Of a DNA stretch of 64,000 bases, positions 14,101 to 26,100 are shown piece after piece (position 1 is the stretch's first letter; every line of letters begins with the position of its first letter). Below the pieces are notes generated by a model, which saw nothing but the letters and a program-made list of their open reading frames with translations, was not told where the DNA came from and ran no database searches. The position numbers and the translations under genes are program-made. Source of the DNA: Phoronis australis (Eukaryota; Animalia; Phoronida); contig NMRA01000252.1 of NCBI GenBank assembly GCA_002633005.1, positions 1 to 64,000 on the forward strand. The letters are read 5' to 3'.

Positions 14101-17100
14101 CGCTGAGACTGTCTGCTGTCAACAGGTGGTGTGTTACTGGTACACCTATACAGAGAGGCATTGAAGGTATGAAATAGTAATGGAAATCACCTGATAATTG
14201 GAGCATGTTAATTGTGTCTTTCTTTGCACTTTTTGCTAGTTTACTGTTTCAAGAGAAGTTTGTTTCCTACTGTTGATTTACTTAGCAGTTATGAAATATT
14301 GGTATAGTCACTTTTGAGAACCTGAAATATTTTTTAAGAAGACAATTTCAGTTGATTCTGTGCACATGGGTTTTGGATAAAAGTGGTGGGCTCTTATATT
14401 TGTTGTCCAAACCATTCTCATTCAACCCTCAGTTTTGAGTTATGTTGTCAGCAGGTTTCACTTTGTCATAGGCAATGGCTAGTACCAGAGTTATGTTGTC
14501 AGCAGGTTTCACTTTGTCATAGGCAATGGCTAGTACCAGAGTTATGTTGTCAGCAGGTTTCACTTTGTCATAGGCAATGGCTAGTACCAGAGTTATGTTG
14601 TCAGCAGGTTTCACTTTGTCATAGGCAATGACTAGTACCAGAGAATCTGACAAGTGATTAACTTGAAATATTTTGACATTCATTCATTATTCCTTGATCG
14701 ATTTCAGATTTATATGGATTGCTGTTATTCTTGGGTGTTGATCCCTATTGGGTCCGCCTATGGTGGACCTTGTGTATTCAGGAGCCCTACTTCAGAGGTG
14801 ACCTGGAGCCCCTATATTCACTGCTTTCTCGTGTGTTGTGGAGAACAGCCAAAGAGGACGTTTTAGATCAGGTAAAAATGGGTCTTTTGAGAACGTAGCC
14901 CAGGGGATTGTTTTAAGTGGCTAAAAAGGAGCCTTTGATGTAAACCACTTAATGAAATGTAATTGGTCTCACAGGTGAGTGTTCCTTATTCAGGTGACAA
15001 GTTATGGCTTTGTAAAGAACAGTGCATTATTCCATGAGAACAGACTCAGTACATACAGCGCATTATTCCATGAGAACAGACTCAGTACATACAGCGCATT
15101 ATTCCATGAGAACAGACTCACAATGACTTCCTAAAACCGCTCTGAGGTGGTGGCGTATTACAACTATTATTAAAATCTCTTGGTCTATTTACACTGACCT
15201 CTAGTCTATATACTGTCACGACGTTTCAGTCGGTCTCTTCTCCGGCCATCGTCAGGTGTTCCCATGTTCTTTTTGTGCGAGGCAGGATTTGAACCCACGA
15301 CTTCTGAAACTACAGATAATTCGAGTCCAGCACCTTAACCACTACACCCAATTACTTAGAGGGAATTTTATTATACTTAAACCTTCCTAAGTAGACTGAG
15401 CCAGGTGTCACTTGGTTGTTTGCTTGGCTGACTGAAGACATTGCCTTGTACTTTCATGTACATGGCTTCCTTGATGTTTCTCTTTGTCCAACCTGTTTCA
15501 CTGCCAAGTATTGGGATGTTATTCCACTGGATGTTGTGTTGTTTCGACCACAGGAGTAGCAGAACACATGACTCGTATTGACAAGCCAACGCAAAGATTC
15601 TAGTCTCGAGCAATAACAAACTGTCACAGTTCCTTCCAATCCCTGGAATCACCTCCATTATGACAACGGAACAATTTGAGTAAAATTTTGTAAATGATCT
15701 AAATTAAAATCTGTGTTTTGTGATGTAAGGGAGGTTTGTAATCATTTTTAAATGGCGTCTATCTCACAATTTGTGATTGTGCTCTTGAGCTTTATCGACC
15801 AAATCTCTGTGAACAAATTATTTGACAGGAAATTATGCATCATGTATTTTGACCTCATCCTCAAAATCTTTCACCTGTGTACAGTAATCATTTGAAGTCA
15901 CATCTACCGTGTACAGTATGGGTATGCTGATAGTTGGCACCTGAGAAGTATTTTACCTTTAATTCATACAGAATATTGTTTATATCAAGTTGTTTTAGTA
16001 TAAGTTACTGAATTCTATTTTGTGACCCCCGTGTTTTTTGCCCCAGCATGTGTCACCCTGTAACGATATTTCCCACAATGCACCTGATTGGTACTGTTTT
16101 GCATTTCAGATCCAATTGCCAAAACAAACGGAGAAGATTTACTGGCTATCCTTCTCAGCAGTGGAAGAACACTTCTACCGTCGACAGTTTCAGGAGTGCT
16201 GTCAGGAAGCCAGGAAGGTAGAGACAATTGTACTAACACATTCACTGCAGCAGTGGAACAGTTGAGAACTTTCCGATAACCAATAAATAACAATCTAATG
16301 AAAATTTATAATTATACAGGGACACCATCAGTGAAATGTACCTGGATAATTATACAGGGGACACCATCAGTGAAATGTACCTGGATAATTATACAGGGAC
16401 ACCATCAGTGAAATGTACCTGGATAATTATACAGGGGACACCATCAGTGAAATGTACCTGGATAATTATACAGGGACACCATCAGTGAAATGTACCGGGA
16501 TAATTATGCAGGGACACCATCAGTGAAATGTACGTGAAAAGGATAAACATGAGGAGTATACGGTATAATCTCAGTCTAATTTCATACACAGCATGGCCAA
16601 CAAGTGAAATTTTATTTTTTAATTTTTCCATGCAAGATAGGTTGCACCACTGAAAGTAATGGTGTCCTATGTGCAAGCTCTGCACTATTAGCTAACACCA
16701 GACAACATTTTGAACAACTGCGCACTTTCACGGCAATGTCAGAAGCCCCTCAAAAATGAGAAAAGGACAGTTTAATTAATTATTATTTTTGTATGAAATT
16801 TGTGAAATATTATCGTATCAAACCATGGTTTATCTGTGATGCATGGTGATGTTGCTTTTATTATTTTCAGTTTTAATTTTGAGTCAAAATGTGACATTTA
16901 TTGTAGCAGTATATCGTGTGCTATCAACTGACATCTGGAGGGTATATTCAGGCATAGTTTCCATTAAGGATACGGTAATCTGATGTTCTGTCTGTTTGTA
17001 ACTAGTCATTAAAATGAAAGAAGTGAGTGTGGTCACAGTAGATGTTAAAAGTAAGTTGTAGTTTCGGTTTTGTTTTTAGAAATTGCGTTTCTGGACAGAG

Positions 17101-20100
17101 AATGGACACCAGAAGCTTAATTCACTTGATCGATACACAATGAACTCGGTAAGATGCACACTCTTGTTGCAACTGTTTTTAGTAAATACATCATAATGTT
17201 ATAGAAATATGTTCTGTCACATGAAATGTGTTCTGTATAAGTCGTGTCTGGGTTTGTCCATGGGAATATTTCAGCAAAACCATTTTTAAAGCTGTTGTCA
17301 TTAGATATCTTGCTTTTGACTTAATATATAGTTTAGTTCATTTCTCCTTTGCCATGCTGTGCTGTTCAGTTGACAAGTAGTTAGGAAGTTTCTTGATAGC
17401 TCAAATTTTCTGTTAAGTGAAACAGTTTCCACAGCATTGAATCACATTTTCTTTATCAGTTATTACTATTTTTGACATTTAGAATTCTCCTTTTGTCTGT
17501 TTAAGTTGTTGCAACCACTACTCAGGCTGCGTCAGGCCTGTTGTCACCCCCAGGCAGTCAGAGGACAGTTTTTGCCCCTTCACAAGAGGCAAGTACACAC
17601 AGTCTGTTGCCATTATTTCATGGGTGTTTTGCAACTTAGATATTGATTTATTTCCTGATAATGAACACATGAAAATACAATTCAGTTCACAAAAATGGTA
17701 TAATGCTTGTAACGGATATCCCCAAGCTGTGATGTTTTGAATATTTTAAAATAAACTGACAACACTTACTATCTACACTACAATAAATCCATTAGAGTGT
17801 AGAGTATAAGATAATACACACTGTAAAAATGTGTGGTTGCTGAAGTGTTAGTATGTCTACATTATTGTCAGTGTGAGATTGTCCCATGATTCCCTGACTT
17901 CCTGCTACAGCACTCTGACCATGGAGGAGCTGCTACACTCCCTTACCCATAAGGCCACAGTGGAGTGTGAGGAGGCCCATAGGCAGGTCGTGTCAGCACT
18001 CAATGGCTTGGCCGCCATAGCTATTATCAATGAAGAGGTTAGTTACAAATGTTGCCCTGAATTCTTGGTGCTCACTGCAGCAGTAAAATATAATCATGAT
18101 TGTAGTCGCGTCTGGCTACAGGGATAAGTTAAGAACCGTTTGCATAACACACTTTATTATTTAGTTCAAGTGATGAAAAGTGTCCGCACAAGCGTTGAAA
18201 AGGAGAAACCGAAAAAGCGATTATCTGTAATGAAGAAAAACACAGTCTGAGCACTCGGCAAGCAAGCGTAATTAACAAGCACTATATACCCAGAGCGTTA
18301 GAAAGACTCGCGACAATGACTCTATGACAGACAAATACTACATGTACCTCGCTAACAATACACAATTAACTGGATCCCGTACTATCTATTCTACTACTGG
18401 AAACCATTACCATGCTCAAACAACTGCCTAACTGCGACCCGTAACTATTTATCCTGTGAACCGGGTACCGCGCAACATATACGCCAAACAAGCAGCTGAA
18501 TGAAACTATACGTTAAACAACAACTATACACGCTCTGAACTTAGCTAGTAGATACACATGAGTACAACATGCTGTGTCATAATACTCAGTACTTACTAAC
18601 AGTTTGGCCGACAGTCTGTGCTTAATATAAAAGTCCCAGCATCCGAGGAAAACACATGATTGGCATTACAGATCTTGTCAACGAATGCCGCTATACTCGA
18701 GAAACGCTAGTCACAAAAACCCGCGTAACAAACAGAGGCTAATACGTAATAATAGCCGGCCGGTCAAGCTACTATTAGACTAATTATGCAAATACTATTG
18801 TAGCCACTGCAAAGAACCGGCTTTCTAAAAAAAAACAATCACAGCGGCGAAAGATGTACTGCTACCTATAAAGAAAATAAACAGCGTGATATGTAAACAA
18901 AACACAATAACCAATGACAAAAAATGATGCACGGCATCAACAATGATGTTAATTTGGTTTCTGGGTTGTAATGTTGTCTTGTATTAATTTATACTCACAT
19001 CTGCAGATTAATACGCAAACACTACAGCTGTTGAATAGATCCAGCATTTTGACATGATGTAGCATGGCCTTTGCTTGAATGAGATTTTAGAAAATTATTA
19101 AGCACCTATTAATGTTGTTTTAATGTTGACAGACATGCATTAGTAGAATCTTGATTAATGCATCTTGTAATCGTCAAAAAGAAATGTTGAACACTTTATA
19201 CTGTATTTTTAAGCATTTAATTAGCTGTTAGGTAACAAGATATCTATTGGTGACTTTGAGGGGAAAACTGTACAAAGATTTCCTGTGCAGAAAGTTTCCA
19301 ATTCAAGTGTCGGATAGTAAAGACTGACTGCTAGTTGTTGCCAGGTCTCTCAAAGTACATTATATGTAAATCTGCATTTAATTTACATTGAAGGTTGTTT
19401 TCTTCTATTCTGAATGTTGCTTGCTGCTTTTGTTTATGAACAACAAAACATTTTTTGCAAACAACAAAACACACGATTCTATCAATAAAGTGGAGTTTAT
19501 TGTCAATGATGTAATAATGTTGTTGAATCTGAGGAATACTCTGCGTGTCAGCGTCTTGAACTTGCGTATACTTCATCTTTTTCCCCATCATAATGATACA
19601 CTTGACCGTTGTCATTCAACTTATGAAAGCTAATTTTTGCATTCAACATGTTTTGCTATCGGGCATATTCGTTTAACTTGCGTCTTGCCTGTTTTACGTG
19701 GAGAGAGAAGTCCTCGGTTACAAACATGTCGCGATTATCTATACTTCTCCTTTTCTTTATGACTCGTTGTTTGTCCTTGGGATGCATCGTGACAATAATG
19801 GCAAGATGTTTACCTGGAACTTTCGGCCGATTCTTTGCGCGCACTCTATTCTCACTTTGTCCAGGTCGAGCTGATTCTTCAAATAATTCTCAACTTTCTA
19901 TTCCGACTGGTCCCAATTTTCACGGTCGTTTTCTAGGATACCATGAAAGATTAAGTTGTCTCGGCATGACCTATTCTCGAGGTCGTCTGTTTTTTCTTCT
20001 AGAAATCTGATTTGCTTAATCTCTTGTCTGGATACGGTGTAGTCTTGTCTGTGTGACTCAAAGTCTGACGACAGTTTTTCAAATCTACTGTTCGTAATAT

Positions 20101-23100
20101 CTAACAGTTCACAATATGAAATATTGGGTTGGTTATTGGAGCTAGCACTTTTTTTTAGTTTTCCGAAATCAGAATTAAGTTTATAACTGAGAGCCTCTGG
20201 ACAAGTTCCTCTTTATTTAAATTACATAAACTATTATGTAATCCTGATATCTCGGTTGTGAAATATGTATACTACGCATCTAAAAAACGGAACAGCTTGT
20301 GTATTACTGACTAGTGTGCATAGCACTCCAATGATCTTGTTTGCTTGTTTGTTGTACTTTGGGCCGATGGCCATGTGTACAAATAAAGGAAGAATAGTGA
20401 TGTATGTTGTTTGTTGTTTCCCAGTTTGTTGAGGCAGCTGGGTTGTACAGAGAGGTACTGACCTCTGTTGACCATCACAAAGACCAGCTGAGAACAGATG
20501 ATCTACAGCAGCTGCATGCGCTGCACAATCTTCATGAACTGATCACTGCTCACACAGGAGTGATACCTCGCACACTTAGAGATGATCAACTCAAGGTTCA
20601 GGTATTGTGTCAGTTACAATGTACCCAATAAACCCTGTACAATATGCATGAATGGATCACTGCTCACCAAGGAGTGATACCTCGCACACTCAGAGATGAT
20701 CAGCTAAAGGCTTGGTAATCTGGTTGTTACACACACCCAGAAGTGATACCTCGCACACTTAGTGATGATCAGCTCGAGTTTCAGATAATCAGGTTCCTTC
20801 ACAAACTGGTGAAAATGTGACGGGGTGTGTTTGTAGCATTTTGTAGAAAAATATATTAATTAGTTTATCAGAGTCTCTGCAGATGGCTTGACACACATTA
20901 AATTGATGGAAACACTGTCTTGTAATTGTTGATATTATAGTCTTGTAAGCTTCAGATTGGATACCAAGACAGTGTTTTTGTTGAATTCATGTCCTGGCAC
21001 CAGTTTAGCTTCACCTGTGTAATGTTATTTTGATGTCACAAGTTAGTAATTATGTTTGAAGTCAAGTGGACCCAATTCTGTAGTTACTTGCATTTGTTAG
21101 TTTAACTTAGAAGTGTGTGATATGTGATGATTCATGATTGTATCGGATTCCATGTATATTGTCTTACTCAGGCTGGTCAACTGTGTGATAAGTACATGGC
21201 CAAGGCTGCTGCCCGGGTGAATGAAGCTAAGATTCAACTAGAAAATATTCAGGCTACCTGTAGAGAGCATAAACAAGAGGTGAGACCAGCACCACAGCTG
21301 TATGGTATCGAGCTTAAATAGTTGAAAATTACTTGACTTGCGTGTGTCTGTGTACCATTTATTCTAGTCGCAGGACACTGTCTAGTGTTCTATTCATTTA
21401 GTACCTTGCCTTAGGCATGTTCATTGGGCATACATGGATAAATATATGCTGCAAGTTAAGTTTCTATTAGTGAGTTAGCTTAGGAAACTAATCCATGTGG
21501 TGGCGCTGCTGTGGCCAAGTCAGATACAAGTCGTCAGCCAGTCGAGACTCACTGACGGAGAGTGCCCCTCAGGGTCTTGGACACCATAGGAATTGAAAGA
21601 TAAAGCAATGATTTTGTTGCAAGTTGAAACATTTGATAAATTCCTTTGGCACCAACTGTTCATTATTTTTTGTGTAAATTGCACCATTTTGCTTTGCAAT
21701 TTTAGACTACTTGTGCTAGAAATTTGAGCCTTAGTAAGAGCAGATATGGTGTGGACAAAGTTGAGTTTCAAGGTGCTATGGCTAACGTGATTCTAGGTCA
21801 TGTCTTGTATTGCTTGTATAATCTGCCCGGACAGCTGTTCTTCTCCTTGCGTATATTATGTCACAATGAATTATGTGCAAAAATCCATTTGTCTTTGGAA
21901 CCAGTCAAAATTAGGACTGAAGGAAAGTGTGCCACAACATTGGTTGAACCATGGAAGATGCTAAAGGTGCACGCATGTCTTGGTAATAATCACCAGTTCA
22001 AATTTGTTGTCTTCTGTTCATTAAAGTTATTGTTTTCTTGTCAGACATGTTAAAGAGCTCAGTCATCGGTAACTGTTCAGAATCAGAAACAGGCAACATT
22101 GCTCGAGGTTGAGTTGTGGGTTTCCTATGAAATGAGTAGATGTCTTGTACTTAGGTGACAACCTTCAAGTAGAACAGAAAATGTCTCAAATCCAGTTTCG
22201 CCTCATTAACATCAATTACAACTATGTTACTTAATATTCACATGTCCTTTGAATTGTACTGAACCTTGATGACATCTTGAATGAAGAGTGCAATGATAAA
22301 ATTTTGCAATATTTCTTGTACAATTTGTGCTTCTTGATGCTTTGTTGTGAGCTACCTTGAGTTTCACTGGTATGGCTTTACCATGTATTCTAAGCATGCT
22401 AGTTATTCACTGGTACAGCTTTACCATGTATTCTAAGCATGCTAGTTATTCACCGGTACGGCTTTACCATGTATTCTAAGCATGCTAGTTATTCACTGGT
22501 ACGGCTTTACCATGTATTCTAAGCATGCTAGTTATTCACTGGTACAGCTTTACCATGTATTCTAAGCATGCTAGTTATTCACTGGTATGGCTTTACCATG
22601 TATTCTAAGCATGCTAGTTATTCACTGGTATGGCTTTACCATGTATTCTAAGCATGCTAGTTATTCACTGGCATGGCTTTACCATGTATTCTAAGCATGC
22701 TAGTTATTTTTACTCTATTTCAATCAGTTTGCTATGGAAACTGGACAGCTGACCCCATTCTTGGTGGTCTTATAAAAGCCACAAGTGATGTTTACCCTGG
22801 TGGTTCCCAAGTTCCTGCAGTCTGGCTCGATTGACTTATAAGTTGTATTTAAGTTTGCTGTCTCCTACTTCTTGTACAAGTAAACATACTGGATTTTCAT
22901 TTTTAGTTGATGATCATATCTCAGGTTTTTACTGTCTGTTTAAAAGCTACATGTTGGAGACCAAAACTGGTGGCTTGGTATACTTGTTGACGTTAGAGAG
23001 TTGGGCGGGGAAGAGGAGCTGATGGAAAGGGTCAAGAATGAGTTGTCCTCTAATGTGGGGCTCAGGTAAGACCGGTGTGCAGAATGTGATGGTGTGGGCT

Positions 23101-26100
23101 AGTAGCTGGATTGTCTCTATTATGATGTGTAGAGTCTGCAAGGTACCTAAACTACACGGTCAACGGACTCATAAACACGGGAACAGATGCATGAACACGA
23201 CTCACAGACCTGCAAACACCATCCACTGACTCACAAATACAGGAACGGACTCACAAAACACGATCCACGCACCCAAATACGTGGGACACGGGACTCATAT
23301 TCATGAGGAAACACGGTTAACAAACCGCCAAACACGGGTCATGGACTCATCGGCTTCCTGAGTTAGATGACATTTTCAATTTGTCCGTAAACCGTGTTTG
23401 GCGGTCCGTTAACCGTGTTTCCTTGTGAATATGAGTCTGTGTCCCGTGTATTTGGGTGCGTGGATCGTGTTTTGTGAGTCCGTTCCTGTGTTTGTGAGTC
23501 AGTGGACAGTGTTTGCAGGTTCGTGAGTCGTGTTCATGCGTCCGTGCCCATGTTTATGAATCCGTTGACCGTGTAGTTTAGGTACCTTGGTCTTTTGGTG
23601 CGGGTTAATGATTGGATTGTCTCTGTGCTAGTTGCGAAAGGACATCAAAAGTTTCTTTGAATATTTAATTATTATGGACGCCATGATTCTCACTTAATTT
23701 TTATTGTGGTTGTTTTCTTGAAAACTTGAGGAGTGGAATAGTTAAATCAGGGTCTTGATTTCTTGAGATACTTAAGTCATAATTCGGAGTGGTAGTGAAG
23801 GTGAGATATCGGTCATTGTAAATGTCCATTCCGTACAGTTTGCTGCAGATAATGATATTTAGATTATGTGACACATTCATTGTAATTTCTGCACTTTCAG
23901 GTTCAGAAACCTTCAGGGTCTTCAGCTAGTCATTCACAATCACTTGCAGAGTTTGGAGAGCTTCCATTCAGAGCTGTTGATATCCATTCACAAGTTGTGT
24001 GGAAACTTGTCTCTAGAGGTCATCAGTAAGACTGTCGAGTGTTGTCTTAGGCCAGCTGATGGGGAGGTGAAAAACAGGTCAGCTGACTTAATGAAGCATT
24101 TTGATTCGTGGAGCTTATGAAAAGTTTTATTTCCAAATTCAGCAAATTAGTTAGACTGTGCTATGTCTTTTTCGTTTTCAATAGATGGCACCTGGTACAA
24201 CCCCTGGATGGTGATTTGAGTTATTGAAACTGGGTCAGTTTAATTAGTGCAGAATCATTGGCCTGTTTTTGTAAACACTTCTCTACTTGGCAGTTGAACT
24301 TATGTCGGGCTGTGATTATTGTCGTACTTAGTTAAATGTAAGTTGTCATGATTTTATCAATTGAAAAGATTTCTTGGTAGAGCTCCATAACAATTTTAAA
24401 GTTTTTGTTGAATTTGTGAGAATTGAGCAGTATCTTATAATTGGCAATTATTAGTCGTCACACTGTATGTTGGCCACCTCATGTGACCTATGTTTAGTCT
24501 GAAATGATATCTTCCCGGACCAAGGTTCAAACCCTTGGCTTTCAGGTAACTGTGCAGATGTTAGCACGTTGAGCAGAAAGTTTGGTGTTCGAACTCTGGT
24601 TGTGTCAGAGATGTTTTCAGAAATTAATATAGGCCATGTGATGTGGTCAACATGTAGTGTGTATGTAGACTTATGTCTAATAATTCTTATTTATACGATA
24701 TCAACATGCTGATTTCTAACTACACAATTATATATCAAACAGATTTTTGTTGTAGTTTAACGGTTATTTAGCTGTATTTTTGACCATTCACTTTATTATG
24801 ACAACTGCAGTATTGTATTTTATCTGTTTAATGCGACTTGCCCTAAAGAGAACTTTTTGAATTTGTATGTTGTTACTCATGTCCATTCGCTGAACTCGCC
24901 TGTAATGAGGCTTATTCCTGATACATGCAACTCTATTTTTTGACCGTCAGTGAAAATATACATGTTGATTTATTAGTTTATTTCATGTTTGAAGCCAAAC
25001 TGACTTCAAGGTCTCAGTTGTCACCAATTGAACGTTCTTTTTTAGCTGCAGTTTCTGTATGTGCCACAAGAACTTTGAAGAGTATGAGACATATTTGTTC
25101 CATTTTAATCAGAGGTAATACAAAGGGACACAATTTATTGTATGATTTTATTCTATAGTAGTTTAAGAAGCCACTTTTGATGTATACCTTTGCTGTCTAT
25201 CTTTGATTTATGTTTGTCTTTTGTCATCTGCTTACTATAATTTCATATTTTAAAAGCAGACTATTGTAGGCAGATTTGAACAACATATTGAATTTGATGT
25301 TTTCTGCCCCACCTGGTGGCCATTTACTTTTGCGTCTGCTTTCATGCATCCACCTTTCTACCTGCCAATATTTTACAGAAGTTGATTTTCGGATGGGTCC
25401 AGCTATTGTGTCGCCCCTATTGGTGATTTTGCTTTTTGCGTCAGTGACTGTATCTCCTTAACTTCTAGCATAATTTGACAAGTGTTTTCCTGTGAATGTG
25501 ACAACAGGTGACAACGACTTTCTGACAAATTCAGCAACCGCTCTGTTCCCTAGTGACAATTTTATTTTTTACGCTTACCTGTGCATCTTCAGAGTACCGA
25601 GGCATTTTTTTGAAATTTTGCAAATGGGTTTCTATTATGGAGACAAGGATATATTTTTATTTTCTGGTCGATTCAGTGTATTCTGCACTACCTACTTGCC
25701 ATTTTCATTGTTTTTGTTGTCCACTTTAGGGATCGTTATGAAAATTGTCAGAATATTGTTCTTGCTGAGAAGACCACGACTGATGTTGATTTTTGGACAT
25801 TCTGACCACTGTGGGGCCTCCAACTGTAATTTTATTTTTTGTGTCCATAGCTACATATCCTTCATTCCTTACAGGATCTTTGCAGAAAATTTCAAGTGTT
25901 TTTGTATGAATATGACAAGGCGTGATAATGACTCTCTGGCTGATCTAACTACTGTTGCGCCCCCTAGTAACAATTTTAGCTGTTAACGTTCATCTCTTAT
26001 CTTCAGAGTTCCTTGACACTGTTTCACGAAATTTGGCAAACAAGTTTGTGTTGAGCAGATAACAAAAACTTAATTTCTATTTTTGGACAAATCAGACATT

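Larger units (their letters stand above)
15130..15600 (-). mobile_element. 5'-truncated Penelope-like retroelement 3' end (GIY-YIG C-terminus plus 3'UTR/pLTR) in SHPRH intron 9
   Basis: The ORF tail [29 protein letters not shown] (stop at 15377) matches the PLE endonuclease C-terminal pattern H-x-(F/I)-x-W..IL-x2-E..R-x3-EA. It is followed by a hammerhead core, which is typical of PLEs. Boundaries are approximate. Confidence 0.75.
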
